Shown one piece after another: positions 55,601 through 64,000 of a stretch of 64,000 bases of DNA. Below the pieces are notes generated by a model. That model saw nothing but the letters and a program-made list of their open reading frames with translations. It was not told the origin of the DNA and did not search any database. Source of the stretch: Caecitellus pseudoparvulus (Eukaryota > Protista > Bigyra: Bicosoecida); the NCBI GenBank assembly GCA_965644315.1, contig CBFFRQ010000063.1:19850-83849 (forward strand). The letters run 5' to 3'. The position numbers and the translations under genes are program-made. Every line of letters begins with the position of its first letter. The stretch's first letter is position 1.

Positions 55601-58600
55601 CTTGCCTTTTTGGAGTCGTTTGAAGAAGACGTTTTTCGGCTTCACTGGCCGGAAGGTCCGCCAGCTGTCTGTTCATCTGCATCAGATGGCTTGACTCGCT
55701 TCGGCGCGTCAGTGGAGTGGCTGGGAGGCAGCACCATTGCTGTGCTGGCGCCAGATGAAGCGCAAGTCTGTGCTGGGGTCACCCCTGGCGCCGGATCAGG
55801 GGCCATTTACATCCTGTCCTTGTCCTTCATCACCAACTCTTCCCTTGCCCAAGTGCAGACCTGGCACCGCATCTTCGCCCCAGCCATGGCACCCTCGCCT
55901 GGAGCAGGCTTCCCAGCCCGCATGTTGCGACTTGCGGCGGCACCGAGCTTTGCTCAGGACGGCACACCAGACTTGCTCATCACGACAAGCGGCACTGCAG
56001 CGTTGCCACACGCTGGCAGTGACTTGCACGAGGCTGTTCGCACTCCAAACTCAGTGTCAGCTCAGTACTGTCTGCTGCACCTCGACAGCCAGTTCAAGGT
56101 GCCGACGTCTGTGTTTTCTCGCCCTGTGACGTGTGTGCAGGAAGGCCTGCCAGGCGCTGTGCCGTCTCACGCTATCGTGAACGGCTCCAGCTCAGCTGTG
56201 TTGATGACTGGCGTGAACGGGTCAGCACCGCATCCAGGACTTGCCACTGCACTGCCACTGGGTGATCCAGATGGCAACGGAGCGTTGGATGTGCTCATGA
56301 TGCTGCCAGGCATGGGCGTGTTCTCGTTGCTGCCCAACGGCACCGTGAACAGCACTGCGGCGCCACACCAAGGCGCCATGATGGCAGGTGAGATCGTGCA
56401 GCCTGGGTGGGGCTACATCCCTCGTACATACGGCCCACCAGGGGGCGGCTTTGGTGTTTCGTATGACGAGCAAGCCGAGCTGGCGACGCGGATTGACCCG
56501 TTGACTTGGGCGCCAGGGCACAAGGCTGACTACAACATGGCGCGGCTGTACTTGGCTGCCATGGGCAAGCGCATGCGAGGGTGCTGGGAGACGGGATCGC
56601 AGTCGTTCGTGCCAAGTACTGGGACCGTGTTTGCAAAGTACGCTGCTGAACTTCCCCAATTGTCAAACCCCACAGCTCGCGCGTTGCTGAACGACGCTCT
56701 GGGTGAAGTGGAGTCAGCCGAGTGGACCAGTGGGGATGGTGCTCTGACTCTGCAGGCTTGGGTGGGCACCGTGGAAGGGCCCGCAGACATGGACACAGCC
56801 GGAGCTGCACTGCTGTATGACGGCGGGAGCGACGGCTTCTCTCGTGTGGATCGGAATCTGGAAGGCTCGGTATTGCTGTCCGCAAGTGGCGACAGCAGCT
56901 CCAGCTACAGCAGCTCTGGATCGAGCAGTGAAGGCATGGAAGGCGAGGTGTGGACATCCACATGGCGGGATGGAGGAGCACTGTTCCGGAATGTGAGCAT
57001 TGTCGCTGAAGGGGAGGAGGTACTGATGGGCTCTCAAGTCTGCCATGTCCGGAGCAAGCCGTTGGAGTGTGAAGAAGGCGGTGCTGCGTGTTTGCACCGC
57101 TTCGCGGCCGTGTGTGGAGAGCTCAAGGAGCCCCAAAGCCTGGCACGACTGTTGTCTCCCGCTGTTACCCACAGCACCATCTATTTCGGAAGTGGAAGCA
57201 CTGTCTCTGGGGACCGATATGAGCGAACTGTGAACAGCTTGCAGTGCAACTTCTGGGAGTCCAACCTGAACTCCAAGTTTAGCTCCACCACCACTCAGCT
57301 GCTGCAAGGCGCCACAGACAAGTACCGGCCTGGAAACTCCATGTTCCCAGGGGCTTCAGTCAGTGGAAGCAACTCAGCTACGAATGTGAAGGCCTTGCAC
57401 CAAGCCAGCGCATATTCCCTGGGCATGTCCATGGCACCCATGCACGACTTCGATGGAGATGGAGTGGCTGAAATGCTCGTGGGAGCACCATTGGCTGGTG
57501 AGATCGGTCGGGAGTACAATGTTTCTGTCAACTTTGGTCGACAGCCGCCTCAATTGCGTCGGTCCAATGTTGGCGCGGTGTTCATGGTGCACATGGTGCC
57601 AGGGAATCAGTCTGAAGCAGGCACCAAGCAAGCTGTCAGGACTCCTCGCGAATGGAACAGTGGCGAGTACTTCTATGGCTCCACCGGCACGACATCGCAA
57701 CACGCGAATGTGGAGCCTGGGAAGAAGGTGCTGGCAGATGGCATGTACCGTGTAGGGCACTTTGACCGCATCGGGCGGCATAGCACAGGCGGTCACATGC
57801 ACCTGGAAGACGGGGATGCTGCCAGCACTCTTGACATCGGAGCTGAAGGGGCGCAGCTTGGCTGTGCAGTGGCGAACGTGGGCTGGAACAACCACTCTGG
57901 ATCGCCCAGGTTGACCATGGCAACGGGGGCTTCAGGCATCGCAGCGCTGACAGGCACGTACAGCAGCTCTGTGAGTGGGCGCGGTGCTGTGTTGTTGCTG
58001 GACTTCTCTGAAGCAGGACTGTTGGTGGACTGGAGCTATGTGGATGTGCTGGACGTGCACATGGAACACTCAGCTGCTCTGCCGCCAGTTCATCCGAAGA
58101 ACCGCTTCCCAGTCAGCCTGGCTGCAGCTGGCGATTTGGAGGGCGACGGCACTGTGGACGTTGCAGCGGTGTTCCACGACGGCTCGACACGCAAGCGGTA
58201 CATCGTGCTGCTGCACCGTGATGCGAACGGCACCTTCAGCCACAGCTCCCTCATCGCGGCTGCCTCCATCCCTGGCCTGCCGCCATCCTTCACAGCGTAT
58301 AGTGCACGGCCTGAGATGGGGTTCGGGGACAGCATGACGTATGTGGGGCGTGGCGTGGTGGCGATCGCGCTATGGCGGGCCAGTCCACGTGTTCTGGACA
58401 AGTTCAACTCTTCAGCATTCAACCCAGCAGCACCGTACGGATCATCAACAAGCGGGGCGACGACTCTCTTTCGCCCACAGCACAAGAAGGCCGAGACATC
58501 ACAAAGTGCAGCCGGGCTTTACACTGAGAACCACCACCCCGTGACTCGAGAAGGCAAGGGCATGGTGATGCTTGTGCGACTTGGCAGGAATGGCACCGCA

Positions 58601-61600
58601 CTGAACGCGAGCCTGCTGCAGGAGAATGACATTCGGCCCTTCGGCATCGATGTGGGCGGCACAACTGTGGGCATTGGGTTGTCTGGGCTGCATCCAGAGC
58701 TGCTTTATGGGCATGTCGGGCCATCATCTGCAGGGCAAGTCATGGACGACGGCGCTATGCAAGGAAGTGGGGGCGTGTTCGGCGGGCCGAGCATGGTGCC
58801 CAATCCGTTGGGCTTCAGTCAGGAGAACGGCTTTGCTTCCTCCATTCCAGACATGCTGGTGCAGGTGGATTCGTGGCGGCAGAAGGCGCATCCGAAGTGG
58901 CGGAACGGCGGGGAGGTGTTTACGGCCAGCCAGTACATGGCTGGCACGTATCGAAAGAAGGTTAATGGGAACCGATGGCCACTGCAAGGTAATGTGAAGC
59001 TGCTGAAGACGAGCAATGGTGAAACATCTGGTGCAAGTTTCAATGTGAACTGGGGAGCGTTGGCGACGAGCTACTGGAACTTCCAACCTTCAGCGAGCTG
59101 GATCCCCGACGTGACCATGAACGGGCTGTCAGGGCATGTCATGCCGACTGCATTCAATGCCTTCAATCGAAGGTACCATTTTCCTGGGTCAAGCTCAAGC
59201 ACGAAGAAGACTACAGCAAGGATGGGAACCTTGGTTTCTGCTGAGAGAATGTTTGAGCAGTCAATGGCACGAACTGGCTCGTCCCCGATAACTGTGACAA
59301 GGGGTCCGAATATTGGAGGGGTGCTAAGGTCCACGAGCCAGTCTGCATTAAGACGCCCAATGCCTCGCAACTTCCCGCTTCGCAACCTTGCGACGACAAA
59401 CTCCAGAAATCAGTGGATCCAAGACCAGTCGGACTGGTACCAAGCGCAGCACAATGGAAAGGACTTCTTCAGGGATGCAGGGCTCCAAGCATTCTCAGCC
59501 TATTCTGGAAACTCATTTCCACACACGACTGTATCTTGGGCAGCTGGAACTCGCATACCTCCTGGAGCAACAGTTCCTCCCGCAGGCCAGTCTTGGTACT
59601 GGCCTCAGATCACGAACGCAAAGCGCTTCCCTGCCCTGCAAGCCGGCAAGGCACCCACTTCCATGCCCGTGTCCACAGCAGTGCTGTGTCCCTTCATCAG
59701 CCAATCAGAGTTTGTTTTGTTTACTTCGTCTCCTTCAACCACAACATATGACAGCTGGATGAATGCTGTCCACAGCTACGTGGAAAGCCACCTAAAAGTG
59801 TCAATGATTCAGGGAGAGACTCGTGAGAAGTATATAGACCTCACCTATTGGCGTAGTGCGCGCAGCGAAGTCCAAAGTTTTTGTCGTGAGAACCTTCAGA
59901 TCACAAATCGTCAGAATGCTCTGAACAACGTTTGGTCAGATCTACGCCACCTCCCGTACAACCCCCCGCATCCACGGGACATCCTCTGGCCCCGCATGTT
60001 CGGCAACCAGGCCCTGCGGTACTTCGGAGAGCGCATCCAGCGCCACGCCGAGATCTACGCCGTGTACCTCAACCCAGACGGATCTGTGCGCCAGAGCGTG
60101 CCTGTGGTCAAGGCATCGCCTCTGTACGACCGGATGCTGCCCAACTGGAGCAACATCGGCTCTAGCATGGCCCTGCTGCGCCAGACAGAGTCGGGCATGC
60201 TGCACATTCTGACTGCTGCGGCATACATGGACGACTTGAAGATGCGGGGCTCCCTGAACACCTGGGGCTATGCCAAGACCTCCAACTTCTACGTGCTGGA
60301 GGCGTTGCCTGCTCCCCCAACACAGTACGAGCCTGTGGTGGTGCCGGAACACCGCCTCAGCACGTTGGCGTCGGTGGTGCATGCGGGCAATGGCAGCTCT
60401 ACGCCGCCTCCAGCTGATGTGCTGGCGCCTGTGTCGCCTTGGGTGCGACCAAGTGTCGTGCCGTTGTTGTGGTCGCCTTCTCCGTCCTCTACAGCCACTC
60501 CTTCGACTTCAAACACGGCAACTGCGTCAGTCAGCGGCACGCCCAGCAACACACCCTCATCCACGAACAGCCCCACTAGCACTGCCAGTCCTTCAGTTTC
60601 TTCAGAGGCCACCAGCAGCCCGTCGTTATCTGCGACCGCCGATGTCACGGCTTCAGTGAGCGCCTCGCCCACCTCCAGCATGACAGCTTCAGCCTCTGCC
60701 ACAGTCAAGAGCGCCTCCCCCACCCCATCGCCCACAGCCACTGCAACGGGCGCTGCGACACCCACCGCGTCCTCAAGTGCAGCAGCCACACCCTCCATGA
60801 CACGCAGTCCTGATCCATCCGTTCCCGCTGCGCCATCCCAAAGCGCTGCACCTTCCACTGTTCCAGGTGTCACGCCACCTCCACGTCGAGTGCTGCCTCG
60901 AGTGACGTACATCGACGCAGCCACACCTGTGCTGCCGCTGACAGTGCTCAGTGTCTCTGCCTTCACTTCTGCTGCGGCGTTGGTGGACGTGCCTGTGACC
61001 TTCCGGGCTCTGGGCGAGCTCACCTCCATCGGGGCTGCTGTCGCGTCAGTGAAGTACATGGCCAGTCCTGCCCCTGATCTCCTGGCCTTGGCCAGTTCAG
61101 ATCCAGCTGCAGCTGCTGCAGCCATGGCCGACAAACAGGGTGGCAGCCCTCCCTCTGCTCGCGTTCTAGCTCCAACGCTGGCGGGCCCGCTGTCGTTGAC
61201 GGCGTTCACGTCGCTGGACACTCGCGTGCAGGTGTCGCTCCCTGTGACAGATGTGAGGGGCAGCTCAGACGCGGCGTCATTCCAAGGCCTGTTCCTCTTC
61301 AACGTGACTGCCTACTACTCTGCCTCTTTCGACACCCTGCTCAGCGTTCCTCTCCTCGTGCATGTGAAGCTGCCAGCTGGCTCAGCCACTCCAGAAGTCA
61401 TCGAAGGCTACGCTGTGCCAGATGGAGACAGCAGCAGCATGGAGCAGAGTCTGACCATTGACAGCAGTGGGACGGCAGGCCTGGACTGGTTCCTGCTGCA
61501 AGACCAGCCCTCACAATGCTGGCTGTCAGTGTCCAGTGTGGGCGGCCTTGTGCCGACACGCGGCGAGCTGCTCGCTCTTGCCCCAACTCGAGATGTCCTG

Positions 61601-64000
61601 CAAGCCGACCCTGCACTTCGGGGCGCGCTGCACGGCACGACGCAGCCTGGGAGTATCAGCACAGTACGAATTGCGATGGACCTGTCCCAGCTCCCTCAGG
61701 GCTTGCACCGTGCTGAGCTGGTGCTGGTGCTGGGAGATGTACAGGGCACTGTGCAGACCATTCCTGTGCGTATCTTGGTGGCCACGGTGCAACCATGCCC
61801 CGGGCGAGTGCGGGTACCGCCCTTGGCCCCACCTGCATCCCTGGACTTTGGCGCCAGCGCATCAACTGCTGTCACGGCGTTGAGCCTGCGGAATCTCGGT
61901 GTGGACCCAGTGGCTGTTGTGGATGCCGCTGTGCTGGATGGAGATGTGGCCGTAGCCCCAGTGGCTGACGCCTGCGCTGCGAGCCGCAACAGCACTGATG
62001 TGAGCGCGGCTGTTGAGGTGCAGTTTGATGCGTTGGCTGCGCTGGCAAGTCTGGAGGCGGCAGCAACGAGCTGGCTCAGTGTGGCGCCCATGTTGGACGC
62101 GGGCGTGGTCATTCCTCCCTCTGGTGATGCGGTGGCACCGCTGTCGGTGCGCATTTCTGACTCCAGCACACCTGAGCCTGGCCAGTACACTGGGACGGTG
62201 CTCATTCTCCTGAACGACACTCGTACAGGGGCGTTGACTCTTGGAAGCTCAGTGGTGAGTGTTCGTGTTGCGCAAGGCACAGCTGCGCCTGGCCAGTCCA
62301 GCCTGCTGCCACTGACCTCGACTCTCAGCGGGCAGCACTTACCACTGCAGCCGGCTACTGTCATCACGTCGCCGTACGTGTCAGACGATGACCAGCTGTT
62401 GACTCCAGACGGTGTGCTGCTTGCTCTGGTCGTGCTCCGAGATGCGCTGGGCCGACCTCGCCAAGCTGGGCAAGATGTCGTCGCGGCCCGCCTGCTCGTG
62501 AACGGTGCATCTGGACGATCACTGTCAGGAAGTGGCGCGAATTCCTCCTCCATTCCTGCCGTGGCACGAACGCTGACTGGCTCAGAGTTGGCCCTGCTGC
62601 GCTCACTGCACGGTGCGCTGGTGTCCAGCGCTGAAGTGGGTGTTCCTGCAAGTCAGCCGCCGCAGACCTTCATGTACGGCGTGTTCCTGTCCCTTTCCAC
62701 CGTGCGGGCACTGCCAGTGGGAGCTGGGCTGCGCTTCGAAGTGGATGTGCTGAACGTGGACGCTGGCAGTGCAGGCGGGGAGCTGTCCACACGCCTGGCC
62801 TCCCCAGCAGGAGCCGCAGCAATCACTGTGGCCCGGGCTGAGTGTGGCCCGAATCAAGTGCAGACAGGGCTGGTGTGTGAGTGCACTGCAGGGTATGGCG
62901 TAGCACCCCAAGCTCCACAGGGAGCTGCCCTGTCGCCTGCGTCACTGACGTGTGCGCCTTGTGGGGCAGGGAAGGTGGGCGTGGCTGCGACTGCAGGGCG
63001 TGTGACGTCTCCCGCAGTGTGCCAGCGGTGTGGAGACGGCACCTTCTCGCTGCCTGGCTCAACTGCTTGCACTGCGTGCCCTGAGGGCGCTGTGTGTGGC
63101 GATGGCATCTTGGCTGTGCTGCCTGGCTTCGCGCTGGCCTCCACGCTTGTGGACGCTGATGGGGCGGGGCTCGTCCCAGGCACACAAGCGAACGAAATCG
63201 GGGACAACATCTTCCTGTGCCCCAATCCGCTGGCGTGTGAGGCGGGGCAGGCGACGTCCCTGCAGTGGAGCAACTACAGCATCATCCCCACAGGTTGCGC
63301 TGCTGGGCACGAAGGCGATCTGTGTGGCGTGTGTGCAGACTCGTATACATACTCGCCCGTCGCAGGCGGCGCATCAGTGGACTGTGTGCGCTGTCACGAG
63401 TCGTCCAGCGCCCTTCTGGCCGCGACGACGTTGATGAGCTTGGTGCTGTTGGGCCTGTTATTGTGCGCCTGGCGGGGAGTGCTGTTCATCATGGGCGGCA
63501 AGCCCCAAGGCGCAGTGGAAGTGCCACCCGCTCTGCAGGTGCCGTTTGTGCAGAGCGAGAGCAGAGCGGACTGGGTCCAGCGCTCAGCTGGAGCATCGAT
63601 TGCGTTGATTGTGGACGGCGGGTCCGCTGAAGTGTCAGGTGAAGGCAGCGGGCCTGCTTCGTCCTTGCTGCAAGTGCGCTTCGTGGCGCTGTGGCTGCTG
63701 GTGCTGCACCTGCAGTGGTCGTCCCAGCTGGACTCGTACCGTCTGGGCACAGTGGAGGGCATGGAAGGAGTTTCCACCCTGTCCCACATCGCCTCCATCT
63801 TCCCCGTGCACGCGCAGTACACGAGCTGTGTGCTGGGCGCGCGAGACTTGGTCACGACAAGCTTCGGCATCGGCGCTTCTCTGCCTGTGCTGGGGCTGTT
63901 GGCTGGCTGCATCGTGGCTGGTCTGGTTGTGGCATGCAGCACCTTGTGTGGCAAGCAGCGTAGGGCATGTGGGGGCAGGGAGATGCTGGGAGTCATTGGC
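52680..64000 (+). CDS. Giant FG-GAP (integrin-alpha beta-propeller) repeat receptor-like protein with Ser/Thr stalk, Cys-rich region and multiple TM helices; 3' end runs off the window
   Basis: Not in the ORF track. The frame is open from 53076 to 64000 (about 3640 codons). Motifs DYDGDGARDWILGAP, DVDSNGWPDVAVGAP, DLNSDGVPDLAIGA, DFDGDGVAEMLVGAP and DLEGDGTVDVA; Ser/Thr/Pro stalk at about 60480-60870; CECTAGY...CTACPEGAVC...CAAGHEGDLCGVC; then hydrophobic helices from about 63410. Signal-peptide exon from ATG 52680, with introns 52779-(52827 or 52875) and 52985-53075. Confidence 0.88.

Noticed and set aside
58930-59945. Low-GC insert as a diversity-generating retroelement target, intein or transposon
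   Set aside because: There is no template repeat or reverse transcriptase in the window, no intein terminal motifs, and no terminal repeats or transposase motifs.

Overview
This is a gene-dense, GC-rich eukaryotic (protist) genomic window. Short GT-AG introns of about 64-91 nt and the H3 signature '[10 protein letters not shown]' suggest a stramenopile-like organism; the taxon is my inference. It holds about 22 protein-coding genes: USP48, a Cys-type SelO, a double-C2 protein, MMADHC, an EF-hand protein, glutathione synthetase, a CUB-domain membrane protein, a Nup42-like protein, a Lunapark-like protein, a METTL21-family methyltransferase, a four-gene histone cluster (H2B/H2A and H4/H3), an EXD3/Mut-7-like exonuclease, and several large surface proteins. 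Two long ORFs are absent from the supplied ORF track because they run off the window: 1-3813 on the minus strand and 53076-64000 on the plus strand. The most notable observations are: (1) two LRR/Cys-rich surface-protein paralogs with divergent ectodomains but a near-identical stalk cassette of about 0.9 kb, one carrying a (GGYGG)17-type insert; (2) a predicted intron-containing gene whose core resembles cyanobacterial plasmid/mobile-element TOPRIM primase-type proteins; (3) 3' stem-loops with a non-canonical loop after all four histone genes; (4) a Nup42-like protein with IG/MG repeats instead of FG repeats; (5) a low-GC module of about 1 kb inserted in frame in a giant FG-GAP receptor. No rRNA, tRNA, CRISPR array or intact transposon was recognised. 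Family calls are from motif recall, not database searches, and gene models were spliced by hand.
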